From Paragordius varius (Eukaryota; Animalia; Nematomorpha), in the NCBI GenBank assembly GCA_964247055.1, contig OZ176055.1:9982001-10046000 (forward strand): DNA of 64,000 bases, written 5' to 3'. This document shows positions 13,538-26,653 of this stretch, piece after piece. Position 1 is the first letter of the stretch, and each line of letters starts with the position of its first letter. The notes under the pieces were generated by a model that saw only the letters and a list, made by a program, of their open reading frames with translations, made no database searches and was not told the DNA's origin. The position numbers and the translations under genes are program-made.

Positions 13538-15065
13538 TTAACGCATTCGTGCCAAAACATCCGTATTGGCGTGGAAAACGAGCGATATACCAGCCACTTC
13601 AATCAAAGGTAAACGATTTTGAAAGGTTGGAATTTGGGCCCTTTGTCCTGTGGGTACAGGGACGCCTTCAATATAAACTGTTCTAGCACCTTCATTGGAC
13701 AGTTGGAAACCATATTGAGCAGGTTTATTAGCAGTAGAAGAAGTATTTAATTTATTTTGATGTTCGCTTTGAGTTTCGGTTTCGTTTAAGACTGCGGAAA
13801 AATTAACAAGTTGAATTCGTCCTTGGAGTCGTGAAATCTTTCGGGCTAATGGGCCTTCAAGTGAAAGATCAATATCTACTATCAAAGGTTTTTCTTCTTC
13901 TTGATTACAAGTGGAATTATTAAGAGTATTGGTTCTGCTTGATTTCGGCGCCATAGATTTATTGGGGGAACTCATAGAGATTGGATTACGTCCAAAAGTT
14001 ACCTGAAAAGTGGGCATAAATAGAAATAGAATAGCAAAATAAAATAAAAATATGTTTCAATCAAATAAAAAAAAATAACTTAAAATGAGTAAGTAATAAA
14101 GCTTAAAAAATTAAATATCTAAATTGAAAAATTTATTTAAATTAACCAATTTTTCATTCATTCAGTAAACTTGATTGATTCAAACTTATTAATGATCAAC
14201 AAATACTTTTTTAAATTTTTGTGTTGATAAAATGAAACAAGTGAGAATAAATTTTAACCTCATGAGATTTAATAAGGTATCGAACATTTTTCCCTTTTAA
14301 AATGGCATAGGTGGAATCATCCATTTCTCGAGGTGTCCCTTGACAATATAATGTAGGAGGTATGTATAAAGTATATATTTGGAAAAATAAGACTTAATAT
14401 ATACATCTATATATACACATATATAAAGTAAAACGTCGAATTTTTAAAAAAATACAAAAAATATTATACATTTTAAATAAAATCAAGCCTAATATTGTTA
14501 CATGTTTGATTTTATACAGATAATATGACATAATAGGGTTTTTGAATACAAAATTAAGAAATATGCTTATAATTAACCAAACAATCTAATATGTAAAGAA
14601 TGTAAAAATATGAATTTCTTTAATCGGATGGAAATATATCAACAAGATATTAAAACTTGTCGGTAACATATATTATTGATTTTTTTTAAAAATTAATTAA
14701 TTAGAAATATTAAAATTAATTAAAAAATAAATTTTTTTTCAAAAAAAAGGCAAACCCATTTCTTTATCTACAATTTCTTGTAGAACTTGAATCTGACGTT
14801 CCAAAGCCACAATGCGGGATAAACGACGTTTCGTAGCTCTTTTGTGTTCGGCCTCAAGTATGGCATCTTTATTGGATCGTCGAAGGAAAGAACAGTTTTC
14901 AATAAGTTTCTATACAATGATTCAAAAAAATATACCAAATATAATTCAAATTCCTCCCCCCTTAAATAATTCAAATTCAATCAAAAATTTCATTATATAT
15001 GTATGAAATATATCTTTATGGCATAATTTATTATTTTTTCAGTATTATTTTTTTTAAACAAATTT

Positions 15066-15108
<43 letters not shown>

Positions 15109-18100
15109 TAATTTTCAATATCAAAATTTATTTTAGGGTGAATTAATATTTTGTTTATGGGTAAATTCCGAGCTGTATATGGTATATCAAATTGTCCAAA
15201 TTTGATATATACCATTTTAAACTTATAATGCATAACATGAATTTAAAGGTCTACAAAAACGTTTCTTTATAAAAGGCAGTTTAAATATACGGTTTAGGGG
15301 TTCTTTTTACCCCTTTTTATTAAAAGGTAAGGATTTTTGAATCTGGACGGACTTGTGAAGGCTTTGATGGTGAATTACTAAAAGCTTTTGTGTTTTTAAA
15401 GGCAACTATATTTTAATGGCTTTTTTGCTATAGAAATCACTTAACCCCATTTTTATACCTAACACCTTGATAAAAATACAAGCAAAACAAGGAGCTTTTA
15501 ATATATTCTTAGGTAAAAAAATGAAATCGATACAAGAAATTCTAGTTTAAAACGTGTTGTAAATTTAATTAAAACACCACATTTATTTAATTTTTTAAAC
15601 TTTTAACCCACTTTATATTGACTTTTTTACTACAGAAAAAATTGAAATTACGGACAAAACGTGAAAAGACAAATTTTTATTTAAAAAAGACAACCATACT
15701 TTATTAATCTTGATTTTTTTAATTGACTAAAAAGTATAATATAGAAATGTAAATTGCTAACATAATCAATTATGTATTTTAAGATTGTAATTAAATGTTT
15801 TTTTTATATGAGAAAAATTAAGGTTTAAAAAAGTATGGTTATCTTTTGAAAAAAAACATTTTGTCTTTATAATTTCACATTTTGTCCTTGGGTATAATTT
15901 CAATTTTTACTGTATTTAAACAGTAAAAAACAACCAAAAAACTGTCTTACATTAGCCAATGTCTCTGAGTTTGGTGAATCAAAACCAAAATTTAAATTTT
16001 TCGCAGTATTGGAATTGGCGGGAGAATTAAAACTGCCCTCGGCCGGACAATTCGTATTTTTTGAGTTTCCTGTAAAAGTTTGAGGTTGATTAGCAAAGGC
16101 GTTTGAAACAGAATTTTCTTGAACTTCTGAAGAGATTATAAGTAACTTTTCCATATCTTCAAAAGCTAGTTGGGGCATTGTATGACAATCATATCCGTGA
16201 AACAGCGAGGGTGTAAATTTAAAATTTGTCCCATTAACTAAGGGGATATGTACAGTAAAATATGTTAAATTATACGGACAAAACATTAAAATATAAAGAC
16301 AAATTTTTTTCTAAAAAACGATAACAATATACTTTTTAAAACCTAAATATATGGTATTAAAATACAGTAAAAATAAGAGAAATCATACGGACAAAAGGTA
16401 AAAATATTATGACAAAAATTTTTTAAAAGACAACCAACCATACTTTTTAAATCTGGATTTTTTAAATATAACTCATTGTTTTAAACTGCAAAGTATGTAA
16501 TTGATATGTGTATTGATAGAACAATCAATTTTGTAGTTTACAATCGTATTTATATAATTTATATGATAAAAATTAAGGTTTAAAAAAGTTTGATTGTCTT
16601 TTGAAAAAAATAATTTTCTTTATATTTTTACGTTTTGTCCGTATAATTTCAATTTTACTGTAATTATTTAATAACACTCGTAAAACATGTAATTAATTGC
16701 GTTACCAATATATATTTCAATTTTTTACTTTGGAGTTTTAAACAATAAATTTTATTTAAAAAATCAAGATTAAAAAAGTATGGTTGATTGTTGGAAAAAA
16801 AATTTGTCTTTATATTTTTACGTTTTGTCCGTATTATAATTTTAATTATATATTTCAGGATAAATTTGACATCGATAAAAAATATACTCATAAAAAGCAG
16901 ATAAAAATTTAATCCTAAAGTAATAATATTACAAAAAACAAGAATTTTATAGATGAAAAATCAAATTTTTGTAATCGATATAAAAATATATCTTAATTTA
17001 AAAGTTGAAAACGTGATTGATTGAATTATTTTTGATATAAAACTACTCTTTTTATATTTTAATTAATAAAAAGGTGAATTTCACCCCGGAAATGAATATA
17101 ATATTGTTAAATCTGAAAAATTGTATTATTATTTTAAAGTTAATACAATTTCCTAATCAATGAACTCCAAATCTCTTTTCAAAAATTGTAATTTTAAACT
17201 TTTTACTAAAAAACATAAAATGGAATATCAAAAGGGCAAAAGTACCAATCTGATCGGGTAACAAATTAAAGTGTTTAAGGGAAAGCCAATGCTTTTGTAG
17301 TTGCGTAGCAGTTCGGGTCGGTAGAAATGTTTCACTATTTTGCAGCAAAAGCTCCTGGAAAGCATCCAAAGAATGGGATTTATTCTATACATGATTAGTA
17401 AAAATTATTGAAATTATATGGAAGGGCAAAACGTAAAAATATAAAAACAACCATACTTTACTAAAAAACAACCAACCATACTTGTTGAATCTTGATTTTT
17501 CTTAATATAAATTATTTTTTTTTCAAACTGCAAAATACGAGAAAGATATAAAATCAATAATGTATTTTAGCATTGTATAAATTGTGTTAGGAAAAAAAGT
17601 AAGGTTTAAAAAGTACGGTTGTGTTTTAGAAAAAAATATTTGTCTTTATATTGTTTCATTTTGTCTTTCCATATAATTTCAATTTTTACGGTATAGGTAT
17701 AGTAAAAAATCTGTACATTATATTTTATTATATGTCTTATAAACTTGTTTTTTCGTTGATAATTTCCACAATTTTATTCCTCAAAATATGAAAAAAAAAT
17801 AATATAGTTAAAAGAAATAGAGTGCTATTTTTTTAAAACTTAAAAACGATGATGTAAAAAAATAGCTTACAGAATAAAACTGTCCCAGGACTTTTTCTTC
17901 TGCATCGGAAAAAATGGCGTCTGCAAACACGCTTCTCACCACGTATTCTGGTCTTTTAATCAAATATTCTGCCATACTTTTTTGGGCCATCGAACTTATT
18001 ACTGGATCATACATTAAGGCTTGCCATCTAAAAAAAGATATAAACTTAATAAAAGTTTTTTTATAAAATGATTTCGAAGTTTTTTTATAATAAGCATTTT

Positions 18101-18999
18101 TAAGCACTAAAATTAATACGTTTTCATAAATAATTAGTTTGTTAAAAGGCATAAAATATTCAGTCCGTTGAATATAGCCGTTGGAATTTAATTAAAATTC
18201 ATACTCTTCCTTACAAATTAAGATTAAATATTACGAATTTTTCCAAATTTTAAAAAATAATTTTTCCATTATAAAATAAAACAAAATCATTATTGCTGTG
18301 GAAAAGTGTTGATTTAAAAAAAGGTAGGAACAAAAAATAAAATTTATAGATAAATATGGTATTAAAATAAAAAAGCAATATTTAAATCCTTAATTATTTT
18401 ATTTACTCGAAAAGATGTGAACAATTAAATCTAAAATTTTAATTCAACCAAAAACAATATTATTATATAAATATAAATTTATATATATAATTTCTTAAAA
18501 AAAAACAAGTTTTATTGTTAAATATGGATTTTAAACCTATCTTCCAAATCTTTGACGCTAAATTTTGAAGTGAAAGGGACCCATTGGGAAACACGGCGAA
18601 TATCATTACATTGTAAAACATTAATGATAAGTTTGTAATCATCCAGAGGTTTCCAACGTCCTAATTGTTCCAGGTAATGAGCGTGTGACAGAAATCGAGT
18701 CGATAAAATTGGACCTTTGTTATCTAAAGTTTTAGAGTTTTTGCTGTGATTTGCATTATGCGTATCTGATTTACGCTTTGTTGAAGGTGAATGGCTAACA
18801 GCTAAAATAGCAATTTTAATTTTATAATACTTGATTCTGGGAGAATTTCAGTTGATAAATCACTCGCATCAAAAGAATCTGATGTTAAATTAAAAAAATA
18901 AAAACCTAATTCGGTTACGATATTTGGGTGATCAACTATTGTATCCTCAAAAAACTTTTTTCGCTTTATAGGCCTACTGCTCCGCCTGATAGATGTCAT
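13538..18999 (-). CDS. MCRS1: Microspherule protein 1 (MCRS1/MSP58; NSL/INO80 subunit), 9 exons
   Basis: Exons 18999-18906, 18878-18831, 18801-18537, 18027-17871, 17384-17246, 16237-15951, 14909-14756, 14338-14259, 14002-13538. Motifs RRSSRPIKRKKF, LGRWKPLDDYKLI, RWQALMYDP, LQKHWLSLKHFNLLPDQ, YAILKGKNVRYLIKSHEVTFGR, and FHA DIDLSLEGPLARKISRLQG...SNEGARTVYIEG. Confidence 0.93.
15071..15105. repeat. (TA)n microsatellite; similar tracts at about 1037, 25277, 29241, 31007, 45624, 50316, 52009, 57226
   Basis: Direct inspection of dinucleotide runs. Confidence 0.9.
15633..15912. mobile_element. MITE family A (Tc1/mariner-type, TA-CAG...ACTG-TA)
   Basis: TIRs of about 80 bp, TA flanks, inside an MCRS1 intron. 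Confidence 0.85.
16253..16850. mobile_element. Nested MITE A: inner copy 16365-16660 inside an outer copy
   Basis: Two left TIRs (16253, 16365) followed by two right TIRs (ending 16660 and about 16850). The inner copy is flanked by TA on both sides. Confidence 0.8.
17398..17691. mobile_element. MITE family A, diverged
   Basis: Degenerate left and right TIRs with the family motifs GGGCAAAACGTAAAAATATAAA and AAAAGTACGGTTGTGTTTT. Confidence 0.7.
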
Positions 19000-19736
19000 A
19001 CCGAACAAACAGTGAATAGTTTTGACAATGTTATATTTATAAAGTTGTCAAAGATTCTTTTTTTCTTAATTTTAATTTCTTGGAAGCATATTAAAAAATA
19101 TAATAATTATTTTTTTGAATAGTTGGTATTATTATAAAGGTTATATATAAAATAAATTAATGCCATTATATTTTAATATAATTGCTTTTTTATTAAAAGA
19201 GACTTTTTGAATAAAAAAGTATTACCAGTATGCACTTTATTATTATATAATGTATATATTTATGTCAAAATAATTTAGTAACCTAAGGTTTAATGTTTAT
19301 AAAATATCATTTTATATTAGGATAGGCCTTCCACACCCAAAGTTTGTCGTAAAAAACGCCTCCTATTGGTTATGTTCATAATATACTGGAATTTATCAAT
19401 TTCTGATGGAAATCCAATATTACCCCTTTAATATCATTGTTCTCAGGTAACTTAGAATTATTTGATTTAATTTAATTTGAAATATTGAAAAAAAATTTAG
19501 ATTACAATTTTTTCAAGTATGCAATCCTTATAAGACTATAACAGTGAATAACAATAATATATGATTGCCTAGCGTCATAATCATCTTAATTGTAAATTTA
19601 CACAGATAAATTTGAGTTTTTAATAATTTTAAATATTTTAACAAAGAAAACGGAAAAATATATTCGTGACGGTAAAACCCTTCACACATCTGGGAAAAAG
19701 CATGTTCGCAAAAAATATTTAATATTTTGAAAAAAT
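19000..19736. promoter_or_regulatory. Putative bidirectional promoter MCRS1/NAB
   Basis: Divergent start codons 737 bp apart. Contains CCACACCC (KLF/Sp-like) and ATTGG (CCAAT) motifs near 19330-19370. Function is inferred. Confidence 0.45.
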
Positions 19737-22700
19737 ATGCCGAACGCAGGGCCTAAAATCGATTATTGTTTGAAAACAAACGATGAAATTCTACTTTTTA
19801 AAGTTCTGTTTAAAGCAAACTTAACTGAATACTTTCAATTATTTTTGAGTTGTGGTGCCGATAATATTGATCAATTATGTGATGCCGACACTGAAGAGTT
19901 TTTGGAAATTATGTGTTTGATTGGGATGGCTTTGAAACCTTTGCATGTGCGAAGATTGCAAAAAACACTTCAAGAATTTTGCTCAAATCCTGGTATCCCT
20001 TTGTTTTTTTATGCCTTAGAAACGATTGAAAGTATATCCTTACCGGATAATGTTCTAGTACAAACAACCCCTTTAAAGTATATTTAATTTTGTTTGAATT
20101 GACGATCTTTCATTCAAAATCAATTTATACTTTCGAATAACTTTTATCTTAGCACAAAAATTGAATTTATCAATACATCTGATATGGTTGATCAAGAATA
20201 TTCTAGTTTTGAACCACAACAAAATCTCAGCAATTTTGCTAATAATGACGAAAATAAAAGTACATTTTTATTTTCTAATTATTGAAAAATTTATTTTTAA
20301 ATTTATTTCATAAAATATTTTTTTAGATGTTACAAACACTTTGGATTCAATACTCAATTCCTCCGCAATCCAAAATACTTTGATGGAATTAGTAATATTG
20401 AAAATTTATTTTATATAAAACTTTTTTTAATATAATATTTATATTTAAAAATATTCAATGAAGGGTTTAGATTTGCTAACGAATCCGAAATCGCCTAATA
20501 AAATCCAAAATTACGATATACATAATTCGACACCAAGTATAAATTATATATATTTGCATTTTTAAAATAATTTATTTGGGTAGCATTAAAAAAATTTTTT
20601 TTACAAAAATAAACGCGTTATATATCAAGTTATATTGTGATAATTAGAATTTCAAGTAAAAATAATTTTAAGTTGAGAGAAACCTTAAAACTAAAATAAA
20701 ATAGGGTATTATATTATAGAATTAAATGGAAAACCCGCATTCCTCACTCTTTTGGCGTTGCCTTTGCCACTAGTTTAAGAAATGTAATATCTTTTCAAAA
20801 AAAATTAAAACATCATTATCACATATACTTTATTGTAAACGAATTGTATATATATGGTCTTGATTGAAATTTTAAAAATAATAGTGCGCCTAAAGTGGGT
20901 AGTTTGATTTTTGGGTTCTAAAAAAAAGATTAATTTAGTTTAAAAAAATATAAATAAAATGTGATATTTTTTACTAATTTTGATATTAATATATTTTTTA
21001 TTAAAAACATTTTACATTTATAGTTTTCATGCTATTTTAATCAAATAATTTACTTGAACTAATTTGCGGAGATAGGGATTTTTAAATTTTTTCCAATAAC
21101 GCAAAAATTCGATTTTTTCTAATTTCTTTAATTTTTTGAGTTATATACAGTACCATATAGTATGATAAAAAGTTTGTCCATAAATTAACTTATTGTTCAT
21201 ACACAAGGGAGAGGATTGTTTAATTTTCACCATTTATTGTTTGTTTTTATACGCTACTGTAAAACGCTCTACTACCATAACAAAAATTTTTTAACACATT
21301 TTCCTATCATTTTTAGATAATATTACGGCACCGAATAGCAAGAATTCTTCACAATCCACTCCACATGGACGACGTCAAAAAAATGTTTTACAATCAGAAG
21401 AAAATTTGCCAATAAAAGAACAAAATCAAAATCAACAAGATCAGCAGTTGTCCGATACTTTCCCTCAACATTCCAGTGGGCTAGAATTGATTAGAACATG
21501 TCGGTTACAAAAACAAGCAGAAAAAAAATCATTGGTTAATTCCGACAATAATAAAAACGCCCCCTCTGCGTCAAAACCTACGATTGTTCCCTCCCCAGAT
21601 AATTCCAATTATCATATCAACGGGCAAATGAATGATATAATATGTGGCAATTCAATAGACGAAAACTCTGAAGGAACTGACACTTTAAACGATTTTACTA
21701 ACAATGGGGGAGGAAATGATTCTGAACTATTTAATACCCTTGAAGGTTCAAAGGCCAATAAAATTGGTTCATCCACAGCTAGAAAATATAAATATTCCAG
21801 CAGTTTCGCCCCAATAACACCCCTTGAGCGTCGAAAAATACGGGAAAAAGTATGTGAAATAATTGATACGCTCGAACCTTTGAACGCGAAGCGACCTACG
21901 GCGCGACGGCCTCGTGACAAAAATATTGAAGTAAATTGAGCAAATATTATTTTTTTATAATGAAAATTTTATGTTTTACAGTCATGTATCCTTTATTTTA
22001 TCAAAAATTTAGGTAAAGAATGGATCTATGGTGATTTTTATACTTTTTTGATGAATATGATAATATTGTTAATACCAATGAGTTCTTGTTTTTTCCATTT
22101 TTTACTAAATATTTATACCCCCATTTAACGAAAAAAAAATAAATTTTTGATAAAATAAAGGATACCTGACTGTAGTATAAAATGAAAATTTTATATTTTA
22201 TAAAATGTTGCTTTTTATTTATTGTGATATATCGATATAAACGTTTGATTGTAATCAATAATAATACTTAATAATTATTTAACTTCATATAAATTATACT
22301 TACTTAAATACTCTAAAAGTGTTTTAAAGCTATCTATCATAAAAATTGAGAGAATTACGCATTATATATATTATTATGAAATTTATTAAAAATTTTACTA
22401 TAAAAGTCGAAAATTAAAATTTATATATCTTATAAAATGCGCATTTGAACTTAATTTTAATAAATTTCTTTTCCATTATAACATTATACAATTTATTACC
22501 AATTATTTCCTTTCAGGAATTATTGCTAACAGCTGACGATCGAACTGAAGAATGGCGAAACCGGGTTTCGGTTTATGGCGCCATCTATGGCCGATTTGAT
22601 TCGAAACGCGGGGAAAGGCCCCTACTGCATCATGAAGTGAGTTTAATTTGCTATCAGTAATTATATAAAAAAATTTTAATTTCATTTGTTAAAATAAATG

Positions 22701-25700
22701 CAATTAGAATATTTAAGTGCAAAATATTTTTTTGTAGCAAAAAAATATTATTTATAGTATTTTTTTTAGCTAAAAAGTTAATTTTAAAGGTTAAAGAATC
22801 TTTTAATAAAATAATTCATGCTTTGAATTCATTTGAGCTCATTTATCGGCTACACTTTCTGCATTATCGATTGAAAAATTTAGCTGGTCACTTACAAAAA
22901 AATAAAACAAATGTCAATCTAAATATGTGAAACTAACTATAAATGCAATGCTATTAAAGAAGATAATAATATTTTTAAAATCTAGAATTCTTATTTGATA
23001 TAAATTGGTTGCACAAACTCTATATCATATAATGTAGCATTCTAATTTTCATCACTTTATGTGTATGTTTTTAGTTTTTAGACATTTTGTTTGTCTTTAA
23101 AAATTATCATAACATATATAATTGTAGCTTTTAATGAATGAAGCCTCTATTCAAGTGTGTCTTTATCGCCCGGAATATTTAACGAGACGCGACGAACTTT
23201 ACCCTTTGGCCAGGAAAATTGTCCATCAAATCGGATATTACAATGAACGGAAACGGTTTTTTTCACTTTTAGGAGCTGCGTTAAATTTATTTATATATGC
23301 TACTGTATAATATGTAAAAATATAAGGGATTATAAATTTTCAAACCTTTAAAGCTAATATTTTTATTATGTTATAAAGACAACCAACCATATTTTTCAAT
23401 ATATCTCTGGTTATATATCTACTATACACGTTTTTAAATATTATAATTTTACTTTACAAAGATTTTCACATTAAAATTAATGTATTAAAAATTTAATTTA
23501 ACCTTTTTAAATGGTAGCCTTATACAGTGTTGCATTTTAATGGCGTTGTTTATTTCATAACACTATAGTAAAATTCGCAACACACCAGTAATGTATGGAA
23601 ATAAACAACAAAAGGTTGAATAAACAATTATTTCCTTTTTTTGCCATACAATCCTCTACTGCAAATTACCCTATACTATAGTGTTGTGTAAAATAAGCAA
23701 CTCAATTAAAATGCATACTGTAAAGTAAAAATTGAAATTAAAAAAAACTAAATAAAAAACCATATTTTTTTAAAAAAATAGCTAGCTATTACTTATTTCC
23801 TTATATTTTTAAACATATTCCTTTATAGAATTACCATCCAATTTATGTTTATTACATAATGATTTATGTATATATCATTCTACAAATAAATAAACGAATC
23901 TAACAAAATGATATGTTTTTTATTAATTTAAATATTATTATTATTATTCAAAAAAAAAACCAAAAATACTTGTGAAATTTAGCATTAGCTAAATATTTTA
24001 TAGTAGGCAAATACTGTTGATTTAAAAAAATTATACGGTAAAATTAAAATTATTCTATGGACGGAAGGACAAAACAAAACGTAAAAATATAAAGACAAAT
24101 ATTTTTTGTCTCAAAAGACAACCATCCATATCTTGATTTTTTTATAAATGAAACTCATTGTTTTAATTTGCAAAGTATAAAATAGAGATATGTCTATTGG
24201 TAAAACACAATTAATTTAAAGATTGAAATACGGATAAAATGCAAAAATATAAAGATAATTTTTTTTCCAAAAGACAACCAACTTTGATTTATCTTATAAA
24301 AAACATTTAATTACAATCGTAAAATATGCTTGTGTTACTAATTTACATTTTTATATAATACTTTGTAGTTTAAAACAATGAGTTTTATTTATAAAAAATC
24401 AACATTGAAAAACTATGGGATTGTTTTTTACGAAAAAATATTTGTCATTATATTTTTATGTTTTTTTCCGTATAGTTTAATTCAATTTTTACTGTATTTT
24501 ATAGTTTTAATATTAAATGATTTATATGGCAAAATGTAACGTTTAAAAAGTATGGGGTTGTCTTTAAAATAAAAATATATATAAGTCTTTATATTTTTGC
24601 ATTTTGTTTTTTGTACAATTTCAATTTTTACTGTATATAATTTATAATAAAACTAATGTTTAAAATAGTATGGGGTTGTTTTTTAGATAAAAATATTTGT
24701 CTTTGTATTTCAACAAATTTTGTCTGACTATAATTTTAATTTTTACTGTATAATTTTTTCCATGTTTTTATATTTAGGAAAAGTATAGCTCGGAAAGAAC
24801 GTCAAAATTCGAAGCCATATTCCGCCTTTTATAGAAGCGATACCCGTTGTTCCGCTTTACTTAGCAATACTATTAACAATTCCTCTATATTAGGTTAAGT
24901 TAGATTTTATATATTCTTTCTTTTCTACTATTGTAAAATTTATTTTTGATAATTATTATTTCTTATGGTTCTTTAATTAGTCCCAATTATAAATAGCGGG
25001 TTTAGATCTAATAATTATTGTTTTAAGTATATTAAAAAAGTTTTTTGTGAAAAAAAAGATTTTTTGACTTTAATCTAAATTTACAGATTAACCAATTATA
25101 TTACTTGATAATAAGTAAGAGAATGCAAAATATTATTGGTAATATATAGGGATTTTGAAAAAAAAATAGTAAAAAAAATTAAATATGGAGGAGCAATTAC
25201 CACAAAATAATATAACTTTCTCTCATTACTGCTTTAAACCAAAGACAGATTATTAATGCATTTTCTTAGCAGATGCTATATATATATATATATATATATG
25301 TTATGTCGGTATTTTTTATATACCCTGCTATCCTTAAGAATAAGCGTTTTTAGTAAAATTTTGTATGGAATGATGATTTATAATTAATTTTTATAAAATG
25401 AATTTTACAATAACCTATTTTTTCCCAATTTATTTGTAGAAAATAGTGTTTTGAAAAATGGTATTGGAACACAAAAATTCTCTTCATTACAACACCTTGC
25501 CAGTAATAGAAAGGGTCTAAACACTAATATTCCCAGCCGTTATTCCAATCCAAAAGTTATAACTGATAACAAAAAACAGACTAAGAATGTCATATCATCA
25601 ACTGAATTGACCCCTTCAGACATTTTACAAAATATCTGTAGTAAGTTTTTGCTTATATTGGATAATAAAAAAAATTATACCATTTACACTTCGAATTCAC

Positions 25701-26653
25701 CCTTGAACGAACAATTAAAATTCGCCCTAAATGTGTTTGGTTTAAGATTAAAAATTACACCTATACTTTTTATATTTTTGAAAAAAATGAAATTTTGTTT
25801 AAAATTAAAATAATACTGAAAAAATATTAAATTATGCGCCATAAAAATGTATTTCATAATAATGATGAGTTATATTAGCTGCCTGAAAATTGATAATAAT
25901 TTATTTTTAATGTGAATCTGAATTGTTAATGCTATATTAATATTAACCATATTTTTACAGTTGCTTAAATATAGTTATTTTTTACAGTAAAAATTAATAA
26001 AAATATGCGGACAAAACGTTAAAATATCAAGACAAATATTTTTTATCCCAAAAAATAACCTCCTACTTGTCCAATCTTGATTTTTTAGAATTTAAATCAT
26101 TGTTTAAAATGGGAAATATGTAATAGAGAATTATATTATTAACTAACACAATTAATTATATATTTTACGATGGTAAATATATAATTTATGTATAGATTTA
26201 AAAAATGGGGTTGTCTTTTGAAAAAAATATATGCCTTTATATTTTTACGTTTTGTCGCATAATTTCACTATTTTACTGTAAGTGTCCCTATGAATATATC
26301 ATTTTGTTTAAAAATCTTTAAAATTCCTAAATTTTTACATTTTTGTTTTAGATTCTGAAAATATATTTTCACCTGAAACCACGAATCTTCCCCATACTAA
26401 TAATAATTCTTTTAATATTATTGAATCGGAACAGAATGAATTAACTAATGGTATTGTTGATGGTAATGTTAATATTATAAGTACAATCCTACCCCCTACT
26501 CAAACCTCAATCTATAACCATTTCAATGATAGAAACAACATTGAATTTAACAATAATTTAAACAATCATAATATGAATAATGCGACAAATTTAGATGACA
26601 TTTGTCCAACAACAGAAATTATGAACAATTATGAAACTCATCTTATATTTTAA
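19737..26653 (+). CDS. NAB1: NGFI-A-binding (NAB) EGR co-repressor, 11 exons
   Basis: Phase-consistent exons 19737-19992, 20020-20077, 20153-20259, 20327-20391, 20464-20536, 21317-21930, 22517-22636, 23128-23255, 24778-24893, 25440-25640, 26352-26653. NCD1 (LFKVLFKANLTEYF...GMALKPLHVRRLQKTL) and NCD2 (YGAIYGRFDSKR...LLHHELLMNEASIQVC...LTRRDELYPLARKI). The 3' end is less certain. Confidence 0.9.
21148..21259. mobile_element. Short MITE family D, degenerate
   Basis: TA-CAGTA...TATACGCTACTG-TA; the right end matches the copies at 28569 and 30454. Confidence 0.55.
21979..22172. mobile_element. MITE family E (TIR CAGTCATGTATCCTTTATTTTATCAAAAATTT)
   Basis: Near-perfect TIR of about 32 bp, TA TSD; second copy at 52081-52310. 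Confidence 0.85.
23524..23720. mobile_element. MITE family F (TIR CAGT(A/G)TGCATTTTAAT)
   Basis: TA-CAGTGTTGCATTTTAATGG...ATTAAAATGCATACTG-TA. Related copy at about 59612-59795 and a fragment at about 27655. Confidence 0.7.
24036..24748. mobile_element. Cluster of nested MITE A copies in a NAB intron
   Basis: At least two left TIRs (about 24036 and 24225) and three right TIRs (ending about 24494, 24632, 24748). Confidence 0.75.
25678..25935. mobile_element. Foldback-like MITE family B
   Basis: TACCATTTACACTTCGAATTCACCCTTGAA... left arm with a degenerate right arm; internal sequence shared with other B copies. Confidence 0.7.
25985..26278. mobile_element. MITE family A
   Basis: TA-CAGTAAAAATT...TTTTACTG-TA with long TIRs. 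Confidence 0.85.

Noticed and set aside
21612-21920. Antisense ORF of 102 aa; similar shadow ORFs at 14812-15006, 35037-35234, 44253-44447, 45246-45455, 62346-62573, 63334-63567
   Set aside because: They lie on the opposite strand or in an alternative frame of real exons, with no independent features.
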